Source: TPA_inf: Saccharomyces (taxonomy: Eukaryota). From it: DNA of 64,000 bases. The stretch covers positions 224,001-288,000 of the forward strand of contig BK006945.2 of the NCBI GenBank assembly GCA_000146045.2, read 5' to 3'. The notes under the pieces are model-generated. The model was not told the origin of the DNA and ran no database searches. It saw only the letters and a list, made by a program, of their open reading frames with translations. This document shows positions 23,201 through 33,991 of this stretch, in pieces (positions within the stretch are counted from its first letter, which is position 1; the number at the start of each line of letters is the position of its first letter). A program made the translations under genes and the position numbers.

Positions 23201-23953
23201 ATGAAGTTCGAAGACCTCTTGGCAACCAATAAACAGGTGCAGTTTGCTCATGCAGCTACTCAACATTACAAAAGTGTCAAAACTCCAGATTTCTTGGAGA
23301 AAGACCCACATCACAAAAAATTTCATAACGCAGATGGCTTGAATCAACAAGGTTCTTCGACCCCATCTACAGCTACCGATGCAAATGCCGCCTCAACTGC
23401 TTCCACTCACACAAACACCACGACATTCAAAAGACACATTGTTGCCGTGGATGACATATCGAAAATGAACTATGAAATGATAAAGAATTCTCCAGGGAAT
23501 GTAATAACGAACGCTAACCAAGATGAGATAGATATAAGCACCCTCAAGACAAGGTTGTACAAGGACAATCTTTACGCTATGAATGACAACTTTTTACAAG
23601 CTGTCAATGACCAAATTGTAACATTAAATGCAGCGGAGCAGGACCAAGAAACTGAGGACCCTGACTTATCAGATGATGAAAAAATTGATATACTGACCAA
23701 AATCCAAGAGAACTTGCTTGAAGAGTACCAAAAACTTTCACAGAAAGAAAGAAAGTGGTTTATATTGAAAGAACTACTGTTGGATGCAAATGTAGAACTC
23801 GATTTGTTCAGTAATCGTGGCAGGAAGGCAAGCCATCCAATCGCATTCGGAGCAGTAGCCATACCAACGAACGTCAATGCGAATTCACTAGCATTTAACA
23901 GAACCAAGAGAAGAAAAATTAATAAGAACGGCCTTTTGGAAAACATTCTTTAA
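23201..23953 (+). CDS. IES3: INO80 chromatin-remodelling complex subunit (YLR052W)
   Basis: 250 aa from MKFEDLLATNKQVQFAHAATQHYKSVKTPDFLEKDPHHKKFH... The track ORF starts 19 codons upstream. Confidence 0.8.
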   Translation: MKFEDLLATNKQVQFAHAATQHYKSVKTPDFLEKDPHHKKFHNADGLNQQGSSTPSTATDANAASTASTHTNTTTFKRHIVAVDDISKMNYEMIKNSPGNVITNANQDEIDISTLKTRLYKDNLYAMNDNFLQAVNDQIVTLNAAEQDQETEDPDLSDDEKIDILTKIQENLLEEYQKLSQKERKWFILKELLLDANVELDLFSNRGRKASHPIAFGAVAIPTNVNANSLAFNRTKRRKINKNGLLENIL

Positions 23954-24099
23954 GCCAAGATTAACATAAGACAAGTTTGCAAAATCCCCAACTTCACTTC
24001 CATATGCATATTCATTTAGGTATATATCGTATATTTGAGAAAAATTCATATATGAAACGTTATTAAAACATGAAAAATAGAATGTGTTATCGGGCTTAA

Positions 24100-24426
24100 C
24101 TATATTCTGCCATTCAATGCGTGTTTCTTGACCATCTCTCGCACTACCTCTGACGGTACATAGAATGGGTTATGCTTCTTTGTCTTTTTCGTGTGCTCAT
24201 ATTGTCTTTGGTTCTCGAACTCAACCTCCTGGGTTAAATTTATATTAAAGAACAAGAAATCCTCTATGCTATCATTATTATCTTGAGATTCCATCTCAAA
24301 TAGTTCAGAAAATCCGGTGTTCCCGAGGTCATCGTATTGCAATTTTTGTTTGTCTACCTCATTACTCAAATTGCTATTGGAGGTGCTTTTGATAGCATCA
24401 CTACATTTATTATGAAGCATATCCAT
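24100..24426 (-). CDS. NRS1: Small 108-aa protein (YLR053C), nitrogen-responsive microprotein
   Basis: 108-aa ORF MDMLHNKCSDAIKSTSNSNLSNEVDKQKLQYDDLGN... Position and length match YLR053C. The symbol comes from memory of a recent naming. Confidence 0.6.
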   Translation of the reverse strand: MDMLHNKCSDAIKSTSNSNLSNEVDKQKLQYDDLGNTGFSELFEMESQDNNDSIEDFLFFNINLTQEVEFENQRQYEHTKKTKKHNPFYVPSEVVREMVKKHALNGRI

Positions 24427-24716
24427 TAACTCCGTCCTGAGTTGTTCCGACGTGTGTCAACAAAAGGATTTACTAAGAATGTTGTATTTTGAGTTTTAAA
24501 AGGACGTGCATATGCACATACATATATATATACATATATGCGTATTTATCATCACTCCGTGCTGTTTAGAAGCTGCACATATTATGCATCTATCGCGATA
24601 GTATTGTGAGTTGGAGATAAAGATTTAATCATTTGTGCAACAACCGCTTTCTACTGTAGGCATAGAATTTCGCGCATCCCACCCCTTATTAACAATCACA
24701 TTTTTTTTTTTTAATA

Positions 24717-26978
24717 TTAATGACTCCGGTGGTCGTGATTGTAATCTTGATAACAATCGCGATCATGATCACGTTCTTTAGCCTCATTATCGAACAGTAC
24801 TGGAGGTGAATAGGCACACCGTTTATCTAAAAGTTCCATGATCGTGGATTGGTCCCTCAAGATGGAATCATACGTATCTACACCACCGTATCTACTAGTG
24901 GTAAATCTCAAAATATCCCCAGTGTTGCCACGGTTCAAAACATCAATGTGGTCCAGTAATAGCTCATACGGATTCGTTCGTGGACGAGGCAGTGCTCCTC
25001 TATGAATATTGAACCGATGTTTAATTTTCCACATCTGAGATTCTAATTCAGAATAGTTTCGACGTCTTGCGTCCAATTCTGATTGCGTCCTTGGTTTAAC
25101 TTCGTAATATAATTGTCTATGTAAGTCTTGGTATTCTTTGGCGAACATAAAGTGATTTGACCTTAATTGCAACTCCAAGCTGCTTGTAGTATATGGTCTT
25201 TTCATATCATTTGATTTATCCTTACTCGACCTTTTAATAGAAAACCTCCTGATGAAGTGTGGCACAGCAACCACTCCAAATTTTTCTAGAGGCTTTGTGG
25301 GCTTTGTTGAGCTTCTTTTGTCAATTCCAAGGCAAGAAAAGTCGTCTTCATCGGCCAAATATTCATCTTCAAATGTATGTATCGTATCATCAGGCAAGTG
25401 TTTATCATCGTAGCCTGTATCTGCTTTAGTTGGAGATTTTACTCGTTTTTGACCACCAGATGTATTTGCGTCGCAATTGCTAATGTATTCTGCACCTAAA
25501 TACAACTTTTCTAAGTCCGCTGGTAAAGCTGGATCATTGACACCCAGTGGACTTGTCATCGTGAATCGTTGTGTTAAACTAATGAAAGAACCTTCCTTTA
25601 CATTTTTGTCCACTCTGTTTTTGCCTTTATCTTGATCCTCGTTATCACCATCGGTAAAATCTTGGCCGCTATTAATTCCTGAAGCAACGTTAATACCACC
25701 ACCAATCCTGCTGTCCAACATCGACAAGGCATGCTCACACCTTCCACCATTTATTGATAGCCCACTTAGTGTCAGTAACCTCGTATAGAATCCATATAGG
25801 AAATTTAAATTTGAACACGAAACACCATACTTTTTGGCCAAAATGATGGGCTGATGCAAAAGAATTTGAGCAGGATATTCAAATCGGTGGTAGAAACAAT
25901 AAGGCTCAAACGGTAAGGATAAATATTCCGGATGTTCGTTTGCCGTAGAGTTGATAAGTTGCAGTTTTTTACCTTTGCAATATTCTACGATTTTCCCAAA
26001 ATTAATCTCTTCTTCACCTTGTGATTTTACTAGCAAAAACCTTGCAATTTTGCTTCCACATTGTGCAAAGCAAATTCCAAGTAACTCTTTCACCAGATCT
26101 TTAAAAATAATTTCTGTGGATTTGTTTTCTAACATTTTCTCATAATCAAATTGTTCATAGATGATAGAAAGGATGTTAAGTGAGATTTTAGGAATAAGCA
26201 ATTCCCACATTTTCAATGCCATTTGTTTTGGGTCCAAAATTAATTTAGATTTCATCCATTTCGCAACGGTCAATCCAAGAAGGAACCTGCGAACATTTGA
26301 ACCCTTAATCCCTTGCAATTCTAACGAAGCTGCTTTCGTGTTTTCCAGAATGGTTGGACTTGCTTCAAAATTAGCATCACAATAAGTTAATCCCAAAGTT
26401 ATTACACATTGATCGTCGTTGACCAATGCATATGATCCAAGCGATAACTGTCTGCATTCAACCTCACACGAAATGGAAATAACACACTTGCACTTCCCTC
26501 CAAAATAACTTATGGCTATGGGCTCCAGTTCGCAACCAAAATCAGTGCTAATAAGCACAGTCGTATTGTCGTTCGTGTAATCTGACAACAATCGACAAGT
26601 TGTTTCGAAAGACTGTAAGGAAATTGCAGACACTAACACAATGTCAATTGAATACGTATTTGCACCGTTATGTTTTAATTTGTGGTGCAGCTCTTTAATA
26701 TCCTTAGTGAGAATGTTTGGCGTGTAGAAATTGGCGCCTAGTTTTGTCGATTTCCAGGCAACTAACTCGTCACTAGACACATATTGCGAGACCAGTATTA
26801 TAAAAGAGTTGCTCAAACTTAGTCTCCATCCTAGAAATTGTGCTGCTGGTGTTTCTCCAACTGTAAAAAAAAGGAAATTTAAATTTACATTTATATGTTA
26901 GTAAATTTTTGTTCGAATGTCTGTTTTCTTAAACTTCTTTGCCATACCTATTAAGCACGTTAATTGGTTTTCTTCCAT
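24717..26978 (-). CDS. OSW2: Outer spore wall protein 2, spliced: exon1 26948..26978, exon2 24717..26860 (YLR054C)
   Basis: Minus-strand ATGGAAGAAAACCAATTAACGTGCTTAATAG|GTATGG (exon1, 31 nt) ... TACTAAC (complement of 26898-26904) ... TTTTTTTTACAG|TTGGAGAAACACC (exon2). The splice joins in frame (MEENQLTCLI-V-GETPAAQFLGWRLSLSNSFIIL...) and gives 724 aa, the length I recall for OSW2. The ORF track starts at an internal TTG. Confidence 0.8.
26861..26947 (-). other. OSW2 intron (87 nt)
   Basis: 5' splice site GTATGG, branch TACTAAC, 3' splice site CAG, read on the minus strand. Confidence 0.75.
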
Positions 26979-27194
26979 AACTAATGCGAGTTCTTGCCTT
27001 CAAAAAAAGAAAGAAAGGCTTAGGAATACAATTTGAACTAGTATTTGTATCGTGCGTCTATGTGCTTTTGTTAATATGAAGCGTATTATTAACTCCATTC
27101 ATTTTACTTTTCATTCAAATTTTGATAGTATAATATGCCTTTGTCTGCCCGGACCCTGAATTACTGACACAAAATGAAGGGATCAGTGGCCCTG

Positions 27195-27265
27195 AAAAAA
27201 AAAAAAAAAAAATAAACGGCGCGCGGAGTAATTATGATTATGATTATGGTTATGATTATTATTAC
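27195..27265. repeat. A18 homopolymer followed by a degenerate (ATTATG)n tandem repeat
   Basis: cctgaaaaaaaaaaaaaaaaaataaacgg ... attatgattatgattatggttatgattattattac, immediately downstream of the SPT8 stop. Confidence 0.8.
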
Positions 27266-27271
27266 AACTCA

Positions 27272-29080
27272 CTATTCTAAGTCTATATCGTAAATAAGGG
27301 TCGTGTCCGTAGAATTCCCCTGCCAGCCTCTGTTGCCACTTGTGCTTATTATAAATCTTGAAGTGGGGTCGAGGTATAAGTTTGATATAATACCACCGTG
27401 ATGGCCCGGCACGATGAGGAACGGCACTTTAGAACTCTTTGTAGTCGAATTCGAAGCATCTACTGCAATTTCAACGTTGTACAATCTGATATTATCCCGC
27501 GATGCACATAGTAAATGCTTGTTATTAGGCATGGCTTTAACACAAGAGACAGGCCCTGAAATAGAAGGCAGTTTCAAATTATGGATAGGTTTCGAGGGCA
27601 TCTTCAAGTCAAACTGCTCCACACAGGCATTCCTTCTCCCTGCATACACATGATCACCATCTACACCCCAACATGCGGACAAACACCACGGTGGGACGCC
27701 TGCACCTCTCTCCAGAGACAATGCTGGCGACTGCGTCATGCGTCGGTCCCAAATATGCACGGAACCGTTCAACCCTGAGGTCATAAAAACGGATTCATCA
27801 TAGACTATGTTCAAAGATTCTTCAGATATCTGTTCTTTGTTCTCTTCACCATTAGAACCATCCCCCGTCTCGACGGGTTCGTTGCCAGCATCTTGCTTTT
27901 CGTCTTCGTCTTCATCACCAAACAGAGAATCCATATCGTCATCTGCATTTTCATTCTCTTTACCACTGTTGACGTTACCGGACACATCCACGGACGAGTA
28001 CAGCGGCCGCATTTCCAAAGATGACAATTCAGACCTTGATTTTTTAAACTCATTAACTATGTCACCCGTCTGCAAATCCCATTCCAAAAGACGCTTATCC
28101 CAGGAACCACTCAAAAACCTGTCCTCTTGACCGTTTAATCTCAGTATGTTAACGATTTGGGTATGTCCATTCCTGCCCTTAAAATAGTGCGCAATGCTCC
28201 CCTCCATGTAGCGAACGCCCTGCATGGTAATCCCACCATTCTGTAGCCCGCTCAGTATAAAGAGGCATTCGCTTTGGACTTCCAAAGAATGAACGGGGCT
28301 AACTTTGGGCTCGTAATCTGTCTTATTAGCGGAGAGTTTCATTTCTGATTTTTTCTGCGGGATCTCATTTTCCCAGTACGACTGCAAGATACCCGCGTTC
28401 TGAATAGACTCAGCCAACGAATGCTTCTGCAGGATAGTTAGAGAAAGTTTCCCCTCAAGCGTGTTCAGCAAGTCGTACTTCCTTATGTATCCATCGCTAC
28501 CGCCCAAAAACAGGTACTTGAGACCCCTGGACACGGCCAACGCATTGACGTGCGTCTGGATGGGTATGGCTGCCGTGGGGTAGATATTGTACGAATCCGC
28601 AATCTGTGCGGCATTCAACATGTGCTTATAGTACTCATAAACCTCTCCATTAGCAGAGGCTTCGTGTGTAGAGGAAGATGCTTCCCTGGACCCCACTCCT
28701 CCATCAACATCGCTCAATTTCACATCCTCGGATCCAATCTTAGTAACAGCATCGCCACTATCGCCTGCACCGCCAGCACCAGCAGCAGCAGCCTTTTGCT
28801 CATCATGCTGGTGCTCATTCGTCGGTGTAGCAGTCTTATCCATTCTTGCGGCGTCGTCCTCACCATCGTCGTCCTCCTGTTCATCGTCGTCCTCTCGTTC
28901 GTCCTCGTCATCATCATCGTCCTCATCATCATCATCGTCATCCTCTTCATCTTCACCACCGTCATCATTCCCCTCGAGGTCCTGCTTTGAGTCGTTTTCC
29001 AGCCCACTCAGCATCTCTTCGTCATCCTCCTCGTCATCCACCACCTGGTTGTTAATTAGAATATCGTCAACCTCGTCCAT
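27272..29080 (-). CDS. SPT8: SAGA complex subunit, WD40 repeats with a highly acidic N-terminus (YLR055C)
   Basis: 602-aa ORF MDEVDDILINNQVVDDEEDDEEMLSGLEND...[18 protein letters not shown]... The WD40 region includes WDKRLLEWDLQTGD and VHIWDRR. Confidence 0.9.
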   Translation of the reverse strand: MDEVDDILINNQVVDDEEDDEEMLSGLENDSKQDLEGNDDGGEDEEDDDDDDEDDDDDEDEREDDDEQEDDDGEDDAARMDKTATPTNEHQHDEQKAAAAGAGGAGDSGDAVTKIGSEDVKLSDVDGGVGSREASSSTHEASANGEVYEYYKHMLNAAQIADSYNIYPTAAIPIQTHVNALAVSRGLKYLFLGGSDGYIRKYDLLNTLEGKLSLTILQKHSLAESIQNAGILQSYWENEIPQKKSEMKLSANKTDYEPKVSPVHSLEVQSECLFILSGLQNGGITMQGVRYMEGSIAHYFKGRNGHTQIVNILRLNGQEDRFLSGSWDKRLLEWDLQTGDIVNEFKKSRSELSSLEMRPLYSSVDVSGNVNSGKENENADDDMDSLFGDEDEDEKQDAGNEPVETGDGSNGEENKEQISEESLNIVYDESVFMTSGLNGSVHIWDRRMTQSPALSLERGAGVPPWCLSACWGVDGDHVYAGRRNACVEQFDLKMPSKPIHNLKLPSISGPVSCVKAMPNNKHLLCASRDNIRLYNVEIAVDASNSTTKSSKVPFLIVPGHHGGIISNLYLDPTSRFIISTSGNRGWQGNSTDTTLIYDIDLE

Positions 29081-29441
29081 TACGTAAAAGAAGAAAAAAA
29101 AAAAAACTGAGCCTTTAGTACACTACAGTTACTGCTACAGCCTTTTACAGCCCAGCATCTGGCACCACTACGCTATAATATATGATGCGTCTATTATGCT
29201 AGAATCCTTCCTGAAAGGGCATTCTGGAAGCCCTACGTACAGAGTGACAATATATTAGGGCATCCATAAAAATAGATTAGGGCAGCTCTGCCATTTTTTT
29301 CATAGCCGAAAGAAGAAAAACTGAAAAAAAAAATGATACGAAAAAACCGCGAAACGACGCCTTTTGTTGCGATTGTCGGGCATCGCAAGTTACGACGCGT
29401 TGTCCCTTGCATCGCTGCCGTGTGGCACGACCCACTGCGGC

Positions 29442-29510
29442 CTAAACGACCGAGATCGGTGCCCGGGGCAGACCACCCGAAAACTCCCGGGCATTATTTC
29501 GGTCGTTTAG
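29442..29510. repeat. Nested inverted repeat in a CpG-rich intergenic segment
   Basis: CTAAACGACCGA (29442-29453) and its exact reverse complement TCGGTCGTTTAG (29499-29510). They flank two CCCGGG palindromes (29462-29467, 29486-29491). Confidence 0.85.
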
Positions 29511-29534
29511 TTGCGCCCCAGGGCAACCGGGGTG

Positions 29535-29581
29535 TATACGAGGCCGATGGCTGCGATAAACGAAAAATTCAGGCTCGTATA
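29535..29581. promoter_or_regulatory. Sterol regulatory element (Upc2/Ecm22 TCGTATA core), inverted pair in the ERG3 promoter
   Basis: TATACGA at 29535-29541 and TCGTATA at 29575-29581, about 280-325 bp upstream of the ERG3 ATG. TCGTATA is the established SRE core of ERG2/ERG3 promoters. Confidence 0.6.
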
Positions 29582-29860
29582 AGTGGCACAATAGAAGGTG
29601 AAGAAGAACAGCAGGTGCATTGAAACAAGAGGTTCAGCAGCGATCGGGTATTGTTGTTGCTGCTATTATGTAACGGTCGAAAGAAACATCGCGGTATATA
29701 TTAGAGGCGGATTTCTATCTTTCTTATCAATTCGTTTTTTCATTCACTTGTTCATTCATTCTTTACATTTGTCTTGTTCTTTGAAGTGGTTGCAGAGGAG
29801 GTCAGTTTGTTGCATTTGTAAAAAAAGATAATAAGAAAAATATTCGTCTAGATTTGAGAT

Positions 29861-30958
29861 ATGGATTTGGTCTTAGAAGTCGCTGACCATTATGTCTTAG
29901 ACGACTTGTACGCTAAAGTTCTGCCCGCTTCGTTGGCAGCTAATATTCCTGTCAAGTGGCAGAAATTGCTAGGGTTGAACAGTGGGTTCAGCAATTCTAC
30001 GATTTTGCAGGAGACTTTGAACTCCAAGAATGCCGTCAAAGAATGTAGAAGGTTCTACGGGCAGGTGCCATTCCTGTTTGATATGTCGACGACGTCTTTT
30101 GCATCGCTATTGCCTCGTTCCAGCATCTTGAGAGAATTCCTCTCACTATGGGTTATTGTTACGATCTTTGGTTTACTACTTTACTTATTCACGGCTAGTC
30201 TCAGCTACGTGTTTGTGTTTGACAAGTCGATTTTCAACCATCCTCGTTACTTGAAAAACCAAATGGCAATGGAAATCAAGTTGGCAGTCAGTGCTATCCC
30301 ATGGATGTCGATGTTGACCGTTCCATGGTTTGTTATGGAATTGAACGGCCATTCTAAACTATACATGAAGATTGATTATGAAAACCACGGTGTAAGGAAG
30401 CTCATTATCGAGTACTTCACTTTCATCTTTTTCACTGATTGCGGTGTGTATTTAGCGCACAGATGGTTGCATTGGCCAAGGGTCTACCGTGCTCTGCACA
30501 AGCCTCATCACAAGTGGCTGGTCTGCACACCTTTCGCATCTCATTCTTTCCATCCTGTAGACGGGTTTTTGCAATCCATCTCGTACCACATCTACCCATT
30601 GATTCTGCCATTACACAAGGTTTCTTATTTGATTCTGTTCACTTTTGTTAACTTTTGGACTGTTATGATTCATGACGGTCAATACCTATCAAACAATCCT
30701 GCCGTCAACGGTACTGCCTGCCACACGGTTCACCATCTATATTTCAACTACAACTACGGTCAATTCACCACTCTGTGGGACAGACTAGGGGGTTCTTACC
30801 GTAGACCAGATGACTCATTGTTTGATCCTAAGTTAAGAGATGCTAAGGAGACCTGGGACGCTCAAGTTAAGGAAGTTGAACATTTCATCAAGGAGGTCGA
30901 AGGTGATGATAATGATAGAATCTATGAAAACGACCCAAATACCAAGAAGAACAACTGA
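29861..30958 (+). CDS. ERG3: C-5 sterol desaturase (YLR056W)
   Basis: 365-aa [46 protein letters not shown]... with His-box motifs ([22 protein letters not shown]) of the fatty-acid hydroxylase superfamily. Confidence 0.95.
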   Translation: MDLVLEVADHYVLDDLYAKVLPASLAANIPVKWQKLLGLNSGFSNSTILQETLNSKNAVKECRRFYGQVPFLFDMSTTSFASLLPRSSILREFLSLWVIVTIFGLLLYLFTASLSYVFVFDKSIFNHPRYLKNQMAMEIKLAVSAIPWMSMLTVPWFVMELNGHSKLYMKIDYENHGVRKLIIEYFTFIFFTDCGVYLAHRWLHWPRVYRALHKPHHKWLVCTPFASHSFHPVDGFLQSISYHIYPLILPLHKVSYLILFTFVNFWTVMIHDGQYLSNNPAVNGTACHTVHHLYFNYNYGQFTTLWDRLGGSYRRPDDSLFDPKLRDAKETWDAQVKEVEHFIKEVEGDDNDRIYENDPNTKKNN

Positions 30959-31305
30959 ATACGGTTGCCTTGTTTGTCTCATCTTTTTTCTTTCTTTCAC
31001 GTTCAAGAACTTTCACACAACGAATAACGTTTATATATTTATATACACATACATGTTTTAAGATACGCATATCATTATGATGTACACCTCACGTTAGTGC
31101 AATATGCGCTATTCGTATATTAAATTTTTGCGTTCATTTAATGGCTCTTTTTCCTATTCTAGTGAAAAAAAAAACAGAAAATCGAAGAGCTGGAAAATTT
31201 AAGAACAGGCAAATAGGAAGCTGGAAGCTTTAAAATGCCCAAGATTTCGGTGAAGCGCAAGTGTTAACTAGAAAAAGGCCGCCACTACTCTATAAGCAAA
31301 ACCTT

Positions 31306-33855
31306 ATGTCCATAGCGCGATTAGTATACTCTCTTTTCAGAAGAGTACGATCGGTTCTCTTACTTTTCATTACCATATCGCTATTGTTTTACTATACGTT
31401 CCAGAATGAAATCGATATCTTGAATTCGTACGCTTTAAACGACTCACTACCGTCCATAAACAACTATGAGCACAATACAGAAGGTTCTTCGAAACTGGAT
31501 CCTCCAGACCTATCGTCAACCGGTTCTGACCGAATAGCCACCGACAAGGAAAATGGCAACGTTGCAGTGGATTTGTCAGATCCAGCTACATTGAGAGAAA
31601 AAAACAAGTACTTTCCCTTGCTGTTAAAGGGATCGTCTCACCAGATTGGTTCGAATTTACCAATTTCGTCTCTTTTGACATATAAGGAAAAGTATCCCGT
31701 CTTGTTCGAATACTCATCACCTTCCTTAACTTCTATAAGCCAGAATGACGTTCATAAGATACAGCCGGCAATGCAATTGCCACCAGATGTTGATATGATA
31801 AAACAGATAAAGGACATTTTCATGAAATCATGGAACCAAGAGCAGTTGCTGCTGAAAAGTAACCTCAGAAGGGAATCTACTTGGCCCATAGATCTAATTG
31901 ATTCTCTAGATACATTGTATCTATGTGGCGAGACGAAACTTTTTCAAGATTCTGTTAATATAATAGAAGATTTTGACTTTCGAGTACCTCCGTTAGCAAT
32001 GGAAGTTATTGATATTCCTGACATCACTACCCGTGTCCTAGAAGGGTTACTGTCTGCATACGAATTATCTATGGATAAACGATTACTTAACAAAGCAAAA
32101 CATGTTGCAGATTTCATATTAAGATCATTTGATACCCCTAATAGAATTCCTATTTTGAAATATTTTTGGAAATCTGATCTGAGAAATCGATTTCCAGACC
32201 GTACTGTTCCATCAGGTCAATTGACTACTATGGCACTCGCGTTTATCAGATTGTCACAGTTAACCCGTTTGAATAAGTATTTTGATGCTGTTGAAAGAGT
32301 TTTCACCACTATACGTCAATCATATAACGAATTTGATATGGAGTTTATGCTGCCTGACGTCGTTGATGCCTCTGGTTGCCAGTTATTAACTCAAGAGGAA
32401 ATTGAGAATGGTGCACACCTAAAGGGATCCAGCATCATGAAAAGTATCAATGAAAATTTCAAGTTCGTACACTGTCAGCAGTTAGGGAAATTCTTAAATC
32501 CTCCAATAGATGATAATAGCCTCCAAGAACAATCTCAATACCAGGCTTATAGAATTAATGAAAAAACAGTACCCATTCTAGAAAATCTATTCAAAATCAA
32601 TGACCTCTTCCAATCTTCTTATGATATCCTGGACGGCTCAAGTAAAAATGCTAATGCTGCAACGATGGACCCCAGTATTGGTTCAGAGGTAGAAGCAGTC
32701 GACGAAATAATTGAGAAAAGAAACTTTAAAGACGGTACTAAAAAAGATTCGACAAAAAACACCGTAGGTGATAAATCATTAATAGACTCGCAAACGTTTT
32801 TAACAAATTCCATCAGTAACATTTTTAAATTCATGACTTTTCGACCCATGTTGCCCAAGCAAACGGAAAACAAAAAGTTTAATTTTCTGAATTCCATTCT
32901 AACAAAATCTCAATTCATGCCCACGACTAATGAGCTAGATGTCACGATAAGAAAATCTTACGATGTCTCGTTATACTCATGCAGACTTGGCGGCATTCTA
33001 GGTTTAAGTTCACGTGTTCCCCACCGAGGCGGTGTCAACACGAAATATATTTTACCATCGTCACTATTGGAAATGAGCGAAATAATAACAGAAAGTTGTT
33101 TTATGCTAATGGAGGAGTTCGACGGGCTGCTCCCTCAAAAATTCGAGTTGGACCCTTGCACTGATGAGACTAATGGGAATTGCGAGTTTAACGGCGAAAC
33201 TAAATCACGAATGATTGCCAACGGCGAATATGAAACTTTTGAAAATGACCTAGATGTCGGGATCAAAGTTTCGAATTATGGGAAAGGTGGGAATGACCAG
33301 AAAGCTAAGAGAAATGTACTAAGCAAAGATGGGATAACAGAGACTCAAAACATAAAAGGTGATACTGTTGGAAGCTCGAAATCGATTGCTGAAATAGACG
33401 GCGACGAAGTAACGCAAATACGTAGAGTTTTTACGCTTGGTAAGGATATCAAACCGCATATTACAACGGACGATACCATGGGTTCTCAGTGGAAAAACCA
33501 TCCAGACTGGCCATTTTGGGTCAACAAGGTAGAATCCAGAAGATTGTTGGATTCGAATATCATTGAATCTATATTTTATATGTACAGAATCAGTGGAGAA
33601 CAAAAATGGAGAAGCATGGGTAAGCAGTCTTTTGGAATCTTAATGCAAGAATTAATGGAACTAAACAGTGGTGCCAAAGGATTGTGGCAAATAAAGGAAT
33701 TTTATGAAAACGGTGAAAAAGTGAACAATGATTTACCTAGCTATTGGTTCTCCAGAACATTAAAATACTATTTGCTACTATTCAGCGATGGTGACAAGGT
33801 TTCCCTGGACAAACACATCTTAACTCAAGGAGGGCACATAATCAAAAAGAAATGA
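31306..33855 (+). CDS. MNL2: Mannosidase-like protein, ER glycoside hydrolase family 47-like (YLR057W)
   Basis: 849 aa from MSIARLVYSLFRRVRSVLLLFITISLLFYYTF (N-terminal signal anchor). The track begins 15 codons upstream (864 aa). Confidence 0.8.
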   Translation: MSIARLVYSLFRRVRSVLLLFITISLLFYYTFQNEIDILNSYALNDSLPSINNYEHNTEGSSKLDPPDLSSTGSDRIATDKENGNVAVDLSDPATLREKNKYFPLLLKGSSHQIGSNLPISSLLTYKEKYPVLFEYSSPSLTSISQNDVHKIQPAMQLPPDVDMIKQIKDIFMKSWNQEQLLLKSNLRRESTWPIDLIDSLDTLYLCGETKLFQDSVNIIEDFDFRVPPLAMEVIDIPDITTRVLEGLLSAYELSMDKRLLNKAKHVADFILRSFDTPNRIPILKYFWKSDLRNRFPDRTVPSGQLTTMALAFIRLSQLTRLNKYFDAVERVFTTIRQSYNEFDMEFMLPDVVDASGCQLLTQEEIENGAHLKGSSIMKSINENFKFVHCQQLGKFLNPPIDDNSLQEQSQYQAYRINEKTVPILENLFKINDLFQSSYDILDGSSKNANAATMDPSIGSEVEAVDEIIEKRNFKDGTKKDSTKNTVGDKSLIDSQTFLTNSISNIFKFMTFRPMLPKQTENKKFNFLNSILTKSQFMPTTNELDVTIRKSYDVSLYSCRLGGILGLSSRVPHRGGVNTKYILPSSLLEMSEIITESCFMLMEEFDGLLPQKFELDPCTDETNGNCEFNGETKSRMIANGEYETFENDLDVGIKVSNYGKGGNDQKAKRNVLSKDGITETQNIKGDTVGSSKSIAEIDGDEVTQIRRVFTLGKDIKPHITTDDTMGSQWKNHPDWPFWVNKVESRRLLDSNIIESIFYMYRISGEQKWRSMGKQSFGILMQELMELNSGAKGLWQIKEFYENGEKVNNDLPSYWFSRTLKYYLLLFSDGDKVSLDKHILTQGGHIIKKK

Positions 33856-33991
33856 AGTTAACGTTAGAAAAATCGTACGCACATACATACATACATATAG
33901 GTACATATATACATAATGAGAAGAGGAGAAAATGAATACTTATACAGTAATGTTTATTTTTTTGGGATTAAGTGTCGTTGTGGTGATTTCT

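Noticed and set aside
29333-29623. 96-aa GC-rich ORF in the ERG3 upstream region
   Set aside because: Codon usage is very unlike yeast. It sits in a promoter containing SRE elements and was probably generated by GC richness and palindromes. Treated as non-coding, but the DNA segment itself is flagged as a finding.
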